Shown here piece by piece: positions 9,331 to 17,700 of a DNA stretch of 64,000 nt. A model generated the notes under the pieces. The model was not told the origin of the DNA and made no database searches. It saw nothing but the letters and a program-made list of their open reading frames with translations. How positions within the stretch are numbered: the stretch's first letter is position 1; each line of letters starts with the position of its first letter. The DNA is from an uncultured Weeksellaceae bacterium (GTDB lineage: Bacteria; Bacteroidota; Bacteroidia; Flavobacteriales_D; CAYVSK01), in the NCBI GenBank assembly GCA_964537825.1, contig CAZIDL010000003.1, positions 9,679-73,678 of the forward strand, read 5' to 3'. Both the position numbers and the translations under genes were made by a program.

Positions 9331-10254
9331 TCATTCGAGGGTGAAACTCGTTGAGCCGATCTCCTTTTTGGACTCGTAGATCTTCACTACGTATTCACCT
9401 TCCTCGAGGTCCTGATCCTGGAGGTCCCAATAAAGGCAAAGGTCCATCTCTTTCTTCTTGTATTCGATCCGGTGCTTCAGGGTATATTGGCCCCGGACCC
9501 CTTCGAATTCGAACTTCCTTGGCTTCCCTTCCTTGGTTTTGGCAAAGACCTGCCCACTCGGATCGACGATCCTCAGATAGATATCACGGGGGCCTTTTTC
9601 TGCGAACCTGTTCTCGTTGATCGTGAAACAGGTCTTGAACTTCTCGGCACGCCTTGCCCGATCCGTCTTTTTGGGGTTCCCGAGCAAGTTGACCCTGATC
9701 CCCGTTGCCCTTACGTTCGAAGTTTTGAGCACCGAAGCTTTTTCGAGGTCCTTCTCCATCTTCTGGGTCTTTTCCTGGAGGGAATCCTTTTCGCTCTTGG
9801 TCTTCCCGAGCTCTTCCTGGATCTCCTTATTCTCCTTGGTGAGCCGCTTATTAGCCTGCTGGAGGGAATCGATGTCCTTGACGTAGCCCTGCATGATGTT
9901 CCGGAGCGTTTCAGCCTCTTCCTTTGCTTTCTTAAGGCTGTACTGATAGCGCCCGATCTTATCCTGAAGCTTTTTGATCTTTTCTTTTTCCTTTTCGATC
10001 CGAGCACGCATCGAGTCGTTCTCGATCTCCATCTGGTTATATTCGTTAAGCATGCTGTCAAGCTTTGACTTGACCATTCGCTTCTCCTCGCTCATCCCCT
10101 TTTTCTCCATGCGCACTTTCTTGATGGTAACGCTCTTGTTGTAAAGCTGCCATCCGAGCGTTCCGATCACGATCAAAAGGAGCAGAATGATCACGATATA
10201 GATCGGGTCGCGCTTTTTTCCGCCTTTGTTCGATTCTTCTGCTTCGTTCGCCAT
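9331..10254 (-). CDS. single-pass membrane protein with coiled coil and beta-rich C-terminal domain, function unknown
   Basis: 307 aa. One N-terminal TM segment (PIYIVIILLLLIVIGTLGW), about 150 aa of E/K-rich coiled coil, then a C-terminal domain of about 110 aa. Confidence 0.7.
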   Translation of the reverse strand: MANEAEESNKGGKKRDPIYIVIILLLLIVIGTLGWQLYNKSVTIKKVRMEKKGMSEEKRMVKSKLDSMLNEYNQMEIENDSMRARIEKEKEKIKKLQDKIGRYQYSLKKAKEEAETLRNIMQGYVKDIDSLQQANKRLTKENKEIQEELGKTKSEKDSLQEKTQKMEKDLEKASVLKTSNVRATGIRVNLLGNPKKTDRARRAEKFKTCFTINENRFAEKGPRDIYLRIVDPSGQVFAKTKEGKPRKFEFEGVRGQYTLKHRIEYKKKEMDLCLYWDLQDQDLEEGEYVVKIYESKKEIGSTSFTLE

Positions 10255-10331
10255 CAGTTCTTTAAGTGTTCGTTAGCTGTTCTGCTGCAAAGCTAAGGAT
10301 CGAAACCTCCCGCTGTTCCTCCGAATTCCGT

Positions 10332-11024
10332 ATGCTAGGATATTCTGTTCTGGAGGACCTCCTCCACATTTTCTTCCCGGCAACCTGTCCGGGTTGCGAG
10401 ACACCTCTGTTCCACAACGAGCAACTCTTTTGTACCGCTTGCAGCTTCGATCTTCCGTTCACGCGGATGCACGACGAAGTGGATAATCCGCTCGAGGCAC
10501 GCTTTTGGGGTCGATGTCCGATCCTGGCGGCCACGTCGCTTTTCCACTTTGTTCCAGGAGGGAAGGTCCAAAAGGCCCTCCACCGGATGAAATACCACGG
10601 TGATCGGAGAACGGGAAAGGACCTCGGGAAATTGCTCGGTCATGCACTGACCCTCTCCGAACGTTTCAGAGGAATGGGAGCGGTGCTCCATGTGCCTTTG
10701 CATCCTGAGAAACTGCAAGAACGGGGCTTCGATCAGAGTCGATGCATTGCGGAAGGGGTTTCTGATGCCATGGGGGTCCCGCATTATCCGAAGCTTTTAA
10801 AACGAGTCACTGCAACAGGGACCCAAACCCGCAAAGGGCGTTATGAGAGGTGGCGGAATGTGTCAGGAGCATTCCGCGTTGGGGAAGTGCCTCGCTCTTT
10901 TGAGGGACCCGTTCTTATCGTTGACGACGTGCTTACCACGGGGGCCACCCTGGAAGCTTGCGCCCACTCTTTGATCGAACGGGACCTGGGGCCTATTGCT
11001 ATGGCCACCATTGCTTGCGCCTGA
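10332..11024 (+). CDS. comF: ComF-family (phosphoribosyltransferase-like) protein
   Basis: N-terminal double CxxC (CPGC...CTAC) and C-terminal PRTase motif VLIVDDVLTTGATL. The ORF is open from GTG 10266, but ATG 10332 (MLGYSVLEDLL...) gives the usual length. Confidence 0.85.
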   Translation: MLGYSVLEDLLHIFFPATCPGCETPLFHNEQLFCTACSFDLPFTRMHDEVDNPLEARFWGRCPILAATSLFHFVPGGKVQKALHRMKYHGDRRTGKDLGKLLGHALTLSERFRGMGAVLHVPLHPEKLQERGFDQSRCIAEGVSDAMGVPHYPKLLKRVTATGTQTRKGRYERWRNVSGAFRVGEVPRSFEGPVLIVDDVLTTGATLEACAHSLIERDLGPIAMATIACA

Positions 11025-11048
11025 GGCCCAGTGATCCGCTGTTAAAAA

Positions 11049-12503
11049 ATGTTGATCCGACGCTGTGCCTGGAGGGAGCTGCGGCTATTTTTGAACGTGA
11101 TGCGCAAGCCTTTCATTTGGCCGCTCATCGGTGTGAGCACGCTCGCCTTGATCGGTTTGGTCTTTGTCCAACTGTATTGGATCGATAGTGCCATCAAATT
11201 GAGGAGGGCACGTTTCCAGCAAAACGTGAATGCGGCGTTGATCGATGTGACGAAGGATCTTGAGCGCATGCGTCGTTACGAACGTTTTGGTACCGATGAG
11301 CGGCTGCAGGATTGGATGGAGAAGATGCAGGAGCAGCTCAGTAAGCAGAGAAAGGGCGGCGATACGCTTCCGGGTCTTTGGCGCACGAACCCCTTATCCC
11401 CTTTTGGTACGAAGGAGAGCAAGCCCGGTCTTATGGATTCGCTCCTTCGGGTGGAGCTCAAGGATCGAGGCATTCACGCTGACTACCGCTTCGGCATCTT
11501 CGATCGATTCGGTGGTGCGCTCTACCTATCCGAAGGAGCGGATGCTTCCACCCTGAGATCCGACGAAGGGAAGGATGTCTTCATGGTCCGCCTCTTTCCT
11601 GGGGATTTCTTTGCCCCGACCCGCTTCCTGCGCATTTATTTTCCCGATCAGCGTAGTTATCTCATTCAGACGATGTGGCTTATGCTGGGTGGCTCAGCCT
11701 TGCTGATCCTCATCATCATTCTCGCTTTCAGCTACACCATCTACACGATCCTCAGGCAAAAGAAGCTCTCAGAGATCAAGAACGACTTGATCGGGAACAT
11801 GACCCACGAGTTCAAGACCCCGATATCTACGATATCACTGGCCGCAGAAGCCCTGCAGGATCCGGATATCGGGCAAAGTGAGAAGCGCAAGGATTACGTA
11901 CGGATGATCCAGGATGAGAACAAACGGCTTGGGGTGCTCGTGGAGAACGTATTGCGAAGCGCCGTTCTCGATCGGGGTGAGCTAAAAATGAAATGGGAGC
12001 GGCTCGATCTTCATCAGGTAGTAAGGGAAGCGGTCCACAATATCCGGATGCAAGTGCAGCAACAGGGAGGTAGCCTCGAAGAAGAGCTCCGAGCAACGCG
12101 AACGGAACTGAAGGGGGATCGGATCCATCTGGTCAACGTGATCTATAACCTTTTGGACAACGCGTTGAAGTATTCTTCCGAGCATCCCCATATCGCGGTA
12201 AGAACGAGGGATCGTTCCGGAGCTGTTGAATTGGAAGTAGCTGATTCGGGGATCGGGATCCGAAAAGAGGAACAAAAGAAGATCTTCGATCGCCTTTATA
12301 GGGTCCCTACCGGCAATGTGCACAATGTGAAAGGTACCGGTCTCGGACTCAGTTACGTTAAGGTCATTGTGGACAAGCATGGCGGGGAGGTTCACGTTCA
12401 CAGCGAGCCTGGCAAAGGCACCCGCTTTCGGATCCTGCTGCCCCTTGCCGAACGAAATGCTGGTACCGGAATTCGACCTGAAATACCTGAAGCAAGCTCA
12501 TGA
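11049..12503 (+). CDS. two-component sensor histidine kinase
   Basis: Two TM segments flank a periplasmic region of about 170 aa. HisKA H-box NMTHEFKTPIS. HATPase_c N, G1 and G2 boxes (LLDNALKYS, DSGIGI, GTGLGLS). ATG 11100 (MRKPFIWPLIG...) is an equally plausible start. Confidence 0.9.
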   Translation: MLIRRCAWRELRLFLNVMRKPFIWPLIGVSTLALIGLVFVQLYWIDSAIKLRRARFQQNVNAALIDVTKDLERMRRYERFGTDERLQDWMEKMQEQLSKQRKGGDTLPGLWRTNPLSPFGTKESKPGLMDSLLRVELKDRGIHADYRFGIFDRFGGALYLSEGADASTLRSDEGKDVFMVRLFPGDFFAPTRFLRIYFPDQRSYLIQTMWLMLGGSALLILIIILAFSYTIYTILRQKKLSEIKNDLIGNMTHEFKTPISTISLAAEALQDPDIGQSEKRKDYVRMIQDENKRLGVLVENVLRSAVLDRGELKMKWERLDLHQVVREAVHNIRMQVQQQGGSLEEELRATRTELKGDRIHLVNVIYNLLDNALKYSSEHPHIAVRTRDRSGAVELEVADSGIGIRKEEQKKIFDRLYRVPTGNVHNVKGTGLGLSYVKVIVDKHGGEVHVHSEPGKGTRFRILLPLAERNAGTGIRPEIPEASS

Positions 12504-13225
12504 GTGAAGAAGCGAAGAACAAAGACCGCATCCTTTTGGTGGAGGACGATCCCAACCTTGGCCAACTGCTCCGCGACTACTTCGGAGCCAAGGGGTATGA
12601 AGTGGAGTTGCGAGAGAACGGTGAGGAAGGTTACAAGGCTTTTAAGGAGGAGTCCTTCGATCTTCTCGTGCTTGATGTGATGATGCCCGTGAAGGATGGT
12701 TTTTCTCTAGCCCGCGATATTCGAGCATTGGACGAACATATCCCCATGATCTTCCTCACCGCCAAGACGATGCAGGAGGATACGCTCCAGGGTTTCAAGA
12801 CAGGGGCTGACGATTACATCACGAAGCCCTTCAGTATGGAAGAACTTTTGGCCCGGGTACAAGCTGTTTTAAAGCGGGTTGGAAAACAGGAGGAAGTGGA
12901 AGGGGAGCCTTACCGTTTCACCATCGGTAGCTATGAGTTCGATCATCGGGACCGCATCCTCACCCGGAATGGAGATAGGGTGGAACTGACCTCCAAGGAG
13001 AACGATCTGCTCCTTTTGCTCTGCCGGAGGAAGAACCAACTGCTCGAGCGGGAAGAGGCTTTAAAGGCGGTCTGGGGGGACGACAGTTATTTCTCCGGCC
13101 GCAGCATGGATGTCTACATCACACGTCTCCGGAAATACCTTAAGGAGGACCCCAACATTCGGATCGATAACGTACACGGGCGAGGTTTTCAGCTTACGGT
13201 GAAAGATGACGGAGCGAGCAACTAA
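12500..13225 (+). CDS. OmpR/PhoB-family response regulator
   Basis: Receiver domain (ILLVEDD...DLLVLDVMMP...TAK) plus a winged-helix Trans_reg_C domain (LTSKENDLLLLL...VYITRLRKYL). ATGA overlap with the kinase gene. Confidence 0.93.
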   Translation: MSEEAKNKDRILLVEDDPNLGQLLRDYFGAKGYEVELRENGEEGYKAFKEESFDLLVLDVMMPVKDGFSLARDIRALDEHIPMIFLTAKTMQEDTLQGFKTGADDYITKPFSMEELLARVQAVLKRVGKQEEVEGEPYRFTIGSYEFDHRDRILTRNGDRVELTSKENDLLLLLCRRKNQLLEREEALKAVWGDDSYFSGRSMDVYITRLRKYLKEDPNIRIDNVHGRGFQLTVKDDGASN

Positions 13226-13244
13226 GGGGGTCCGGGTTCCCTTG

Positions 13245-13261
13245 ATGCTGAGCTTCAGCAT
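13245..13261. terminator. short hairpin between convergent genes (possible bidirectional terminator)
   Basis: ATGCTGA-gct-TCAGCAT is a perfect 7-bp stem. It sits between the response-regulator stop (13225) and the SDR stop (13275). No U-tract on either side. Confidence 0.25.
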
Positions 13262-13274
13262 TGTAGCAGCAACT

Positions 13275-14060
13275 TTACAATGAACCGGTCCTTCCCCCGT
13301 CCACAGGTAGGTTCACGCCACTGATGTATCCAGCGGCCGGAGAGGCGAGGAAGCTTATGGCATCGGCGGTCTCCTGTGGTTCTGCAGGCCTTCCCAATGG
13401 GACGCTGTTCATCATGGCCTTTCGGACTTCTTCGGGGCTTTTTCCCTCTTTTTCAGAGCGCTTTTCCACGATCGCTTCCAATCGAGCAGTGTTCGTGAAT
13501 CCGGGGAGCACGTTGTTCACCGTGATACCGTCCGGTCCGAGTTCGCCAGCAAGCGTTTTGGCCCAATTGGCCATGGCCCCGCGTACCGTATTGGAGACAC
13601 CGAGGCCGGGGATGGGCTGTTTGACAGAGGTCGAGATCACGTTCACGATCCGCCCGTACCCCTCTTCCTGCATTTTTGGAACTACTTGGCGTACGAGCAT
13701 TTGCGGAACGATAAGGTGAGCTCCAAAAGCCTTTTCATAAGCTTCCCGCTCAGCATCGTAAGCTCTTCCTCCAGGTGGGCCGCCGTTGTTGGTGATCAGG
13801 ATCGTTGGTGGGGGTTCTTCCTCGGTATGTTCCTTCAATGCTTGCTCCAGCCCGTCGGGGTCCCAAAGGTCTGCAACGATGCTTCCATGCTGGCGATCCG
13901 CACCCGGGAGTTCCTGAAGAACGGGGTCCAATTTGGAGGGATCGCGTCCAAGGAGGGTGATGCTGGCCCCTTCGCGCGCCAGTGCATTGGCCGTAGCTCT
14001 GCCAATGCCCGCGCTGCCTGCACAGACCCAGGCTCGCTTTCCGGTCAGGTCGAGTTCCAT
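13275..14060 (-). CDS. SDR-family oxidoreductase with non-canonical active-site residues
   Basis: 261 aa. Rossmann motif CAGSAGIGRA, NNGG motif, GRIVNVIS and ITVNNVLPG blocks. At the position of the classical YxxxK the sequence reads S-N-T-V-R. Confidence 0.85.
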   Translation of the reverse strand: MELDLTGKRAWVCAGSAGIGRATANALAREGASITLLGRDPSKLDPVLQELPGADRQHGSIVADLWDPDGLEQALKEHTEEEPPPTILITNNGGPPGGRAYDAEREAYEKAFGAHLIVPQMLVRQVVPKMQEEGYGRIVNVISTSVKQPIPGLGVSNTVRGAMANWAKTLAGELGPDGITVNNVLPGFTNTARLEAIVEKRSEKEGKSPEEVRKAMMNSVPLGRPAEPQETADAISFLASPAAGYISGVNLPVDGGRTGSL

Positions 14061-14140
14061 GTTCGCAATGATAAGGATCCTGTTCCTGCCACGCCTCGTT
14101 TTTTATAAATTGGGCCGGAAGAGATCCTAAAACAAAAGCT

Positions 14141-14668
14141 ATGGCCATCGAACGACCGTTCAACCTACAAAAATGGGTGGAAGAGAACCGGGACCTCCTC
14201 AAACCCCCGGTCGGGAACAAGAACCTCTATCCTGCTGGGCAGGACCATATCGTAATGATCGTAGGTGGTCCCAACGCTCGAAAGGATTATCATTACAACC
14301 AGACCGAAGAGCTCTTTTATCAGCTGGAAGGGACGATCACGGTACGTATTCAGGAAGAAGGACAACCAAAGGATCTCCAGATCGGTCCGGGGGATATGTT
14401 CCTTCTCCCCGCGGAAGTGCCCCATAGTCCGATGCGCCCGGAGAACACCGTGGGCTTGGTGCTCGAGCGAGTGCGGGAGGAACATCATAAGGACGGCCTT
14501 CAATGGTACTGCGACAACTGCAACCATCTTCTTTTTGACCGCTACTTCAAGCTCGAGGACATCGAAAAGGACTTTCTCCCGGTCTTTAAGGAATTCTACG
14601 GCTCGGAAGAGAACCGCACCTGCGATAAATGCGGAACGGTCATGGAAGTGGACGAGCGCTTCGTTTGA
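14141..14668 (+). CDS. nbaC: 3-hydroxyanthranilate 3,4-dioxygenase
   Basis: 175 aa cupin. N-terminus FNLQKWVEENRDLLKPPVGNK, metal-ligand region DYHYNQTEELFYQLEG...PAEVPHSP, and a C-terminal rubredoxin-like CDNC...CDKC pair. Confidence 0.9.
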   Translation: MAIERPFNLQKWVEENRDLLKPPVGNKNLYPAGQDHIVMIVGGPNARKDYHYNQTEELFYQLEGTITVRIQEEGQPKDLQIGPGDMFLLPAEVPHSPMRPENTVGLVLERVREEHHKDGLQWYCDNCNHLLFDRYFKLEDIEKDFLPVFKEFYGSEENRTCDKCGTVMEVDERFV

Positions 14669-14707
14669 AGCTCCCAAGGGTGGACAGCTCTTCCTAGCTT
14701 CTTCTGA

Positions 14708-17700
14708 TCAGCGGACGAGGGTGATGTGTCCGACCTTTTCCTTTTCTACGTGAGGGCGGTACTCTTCGGTATAGATGATCTTGTACACGTAGACGTCGGG
14801 TTTAGCCCGGTGTCCGTCCACTTTCCCGCTCCATCCATCGCTCATGTCCCGGGTTTCGAAAAGGAGTTCACCCCAACGATCGTAGATCCGCAGGTGGAAT
14901 TTCTCGATCTTTTCCCCTTTTACCTGCCATTCATCGTTGATACCATCGCCGTCCGGGGTGAAAGCATTGGGAGCATAGAGGCTCCCTGAGACTTCGATAA
15001 GGAGACTGTCGATCGTTCGGCACCCGTTGCTATCCGTCAATTCCACCCAAAAGACCCCGTGGTCCTTCGGCCTGAAGCTTACGGAGGATGAAGCGGAGTC
15101 TTCGAAGAAATGTCCGGGATGCCATACGTAGTTCCCTTTCTCCCCTTCAGCACTCAAGGTGATCTTCGATCCCCATTCGACCTTTCGGTCGGACCCAGCC
15201 CATAACTCCGGGTTCCGGGAGACCGTTACACTCGCTTTTCCCGTGTCCCTGCAGCCCAGGCTGTCACTGACGATGGCGAGGAATTCCATGCTGCTTTTGG
15301 CTCGAGCGATCGTAGAAGCGGAATCCGGATCCTCAACAAGTTCCGCCGGCTCCCATCGATAATTCTTTCCACCGCTGGCCCGAAGGTAGACTTTCCGGTC
15401 CCCTTCGCATATCAGCGTGTCCGGCCCCACTTTTGCCTCCGGTTTTTGAAGGGTCACTGCTGTAGAATCGAAGCCTACCCCACATCCGTTCTTCATCTCT
15501 ACAACGTAAAGGGTGTTCTGCAGAGGAGAAGCGGAAGTGCTCGCACTGTCCGGGTTGGCTAGCCCTTTACTGGGCGTCCACTCGTAGATCCGTCCCCCCT
15601 CAGCCCATAGGGAGGCCGTATCCCACTTGCATATCGTAGTGTCTGCCGAACTCATCGGGTCTGGCTTGGTGGTATCCACTTCGATACGGACGGTATCCTG
15701 ATCCTCGCAGCCTTTTGCATCCGTTACGACCACCTTGTAATCTGTATGGGATCTCGGCCAGACCAAGGGATCGGAGCTGCTGCTGTCGCTCATGGAGCTA
15801 TCCGGGGTCCAGGTATAGGAAACCCCACCGCTCGCTCCGATCCGAAGGGAGTCCCCAAGACAGATGAAGCTGTCCGGGGAGCTGCTTATGTCCGGCAGTG
15901 ATAAGGTGTTGACCTGTATGCTGTCAGCGTTCTCACATCCCAGGCTGTCCTTGACGACAACCTTGTACAAGGTGCTCGAGTCCGGATAAGCTAAGGGGTC
16001 AGAACTGTTCTTGTCGTCGAGTGAAAAGGATGGACTCCATTCCTGGGTCACACCACCTTTCACCCAGAGCTCCGTGCTGTCGCCTCGACATATAGCGGTG
16101 TCGGAATGGAGGGAGATTTCCGGAGGATCGGGGACGTTCAGGGTGAGGGTATCCTTCGAAACGCAACCGTTCGTATCGGTGAGACTGATGCTATACAAGG
16201 TCGTATCGAAGGCCACCACGGTAGGATCTTGAATAGTGGGGTCACTCAAGTGCTTAGAGGGGGTCCATAGATAAGACCCCGTATCACCATCGATATCCAG
16301 TTTCACGGTATCGAATTTGCAAACCGCGGTATCCCGCGCTGATAGGTAGGGATCCTGATGAACGTTCAGGAATAAACTGTCCACCGAACTGCAACCGTTG
16401 GTATTTGTCATTTCGATCCGATAAACGGTGCTGTCGGTCACTGACGCGATGGGGTTCTTTGCAGTGCTATCGCTAAGGCCCGTGGAGGGACTCCACAGAT
16501 AAGTGGCTGAGCTAGAAGCTTCGGGATCCAGCTGGACGCTATCCCCTTTGCAGATGGTCGTGTCCTGAGGCTCGAAAGATGGGGATGGATGGAGAGCGAT
16601 CGTAACCGTGTCCCTGTTCGCACATCCGTTGCTATCGATGATCCGTACCCGGTAAGCTGTACTGTCCTGGGGAAAGACCAAAGGATCGGCTACAGCGGTA
16701 TCGTTCAAGCTCGTGTCAGGATCCCAATCGTAGGAAATGCCTCCCTGAGCATGGAGTTTCACCGTATCCCCCTTGCATATTGTACTGTCCCCGTATGCAT
16801 AGGAATTGATCGAGTGGACGGGCACCGTTACGTTCAAAGTGTCCTCGACCACCGTCGAATCCGTTGCGCAACCTTTGAGCGTGACCTGATACTGGGTACT
16901 GGTATCCGGATATACGACAGGGTCGGTGACGTTCGGGTCTGAGAGGGAGTCGACGGGACTCCATTTCGGGTCGATCCCGCCGTCCACATTCAGTTGCACG
17001 CTATCCCCGGGGCATATAGAGGAGACAGAATCCGCGGATGGGGGGATCGGAGGAAAAATGCTCACTTTTGTTTTGGCGGTATCCGGCTCTTCGCAAGTAA
17101 GGGTGTCCATGACGACGAGGGTCACCTGATAAGTTCCCGTATCCTGGAAAAAATGGGAAACATTCGTCCCCGTGTCCTTGCTTCCATCGCCGAAGTCCCA
17201 TAAATGGAGGTTTCCGCCCGTACCGGAAAAGTTGAAGGAGAAAGTGTCCGGCTTGCAGGCGATGGGTGGATCTTTGGGTTGGATATTAGCGTTCACTTCG
17301 GACATGTCGAACTTGAAAGCAGCGAGGTTGCAGTTGTTGCTGTTGTTCGTGCTTGAATGAGCGCCAGGTGTGGTAGGAAAATCATTGTTACCCCCGCATC
17401 CTGCACATACCGCCTGGTAAACGACCCCGTTATCGTCGAAACGGCTCGTGCCCCCGTCCACATGTTCCTGACTCGTGCCTCCTCCGAAGAAACTAGCGTA
17501 TTTCAGATTTGAGGCATTGCTCCCCAGGACCATGAGGTAGAAGTCGCTCCCATCGGTACTGCTCTGATACGCATTGCTCGTGGTGGGAAGGCCGTTCGTG
17601 GAACTGCTGTTCACTCCGTGCCCTTGATTGACCTGTCCACCCCATCCGGAAAGGTAGATGTTGTTGCATTCGCTTACCATGAAAGCCGCAGGGGAAATGT

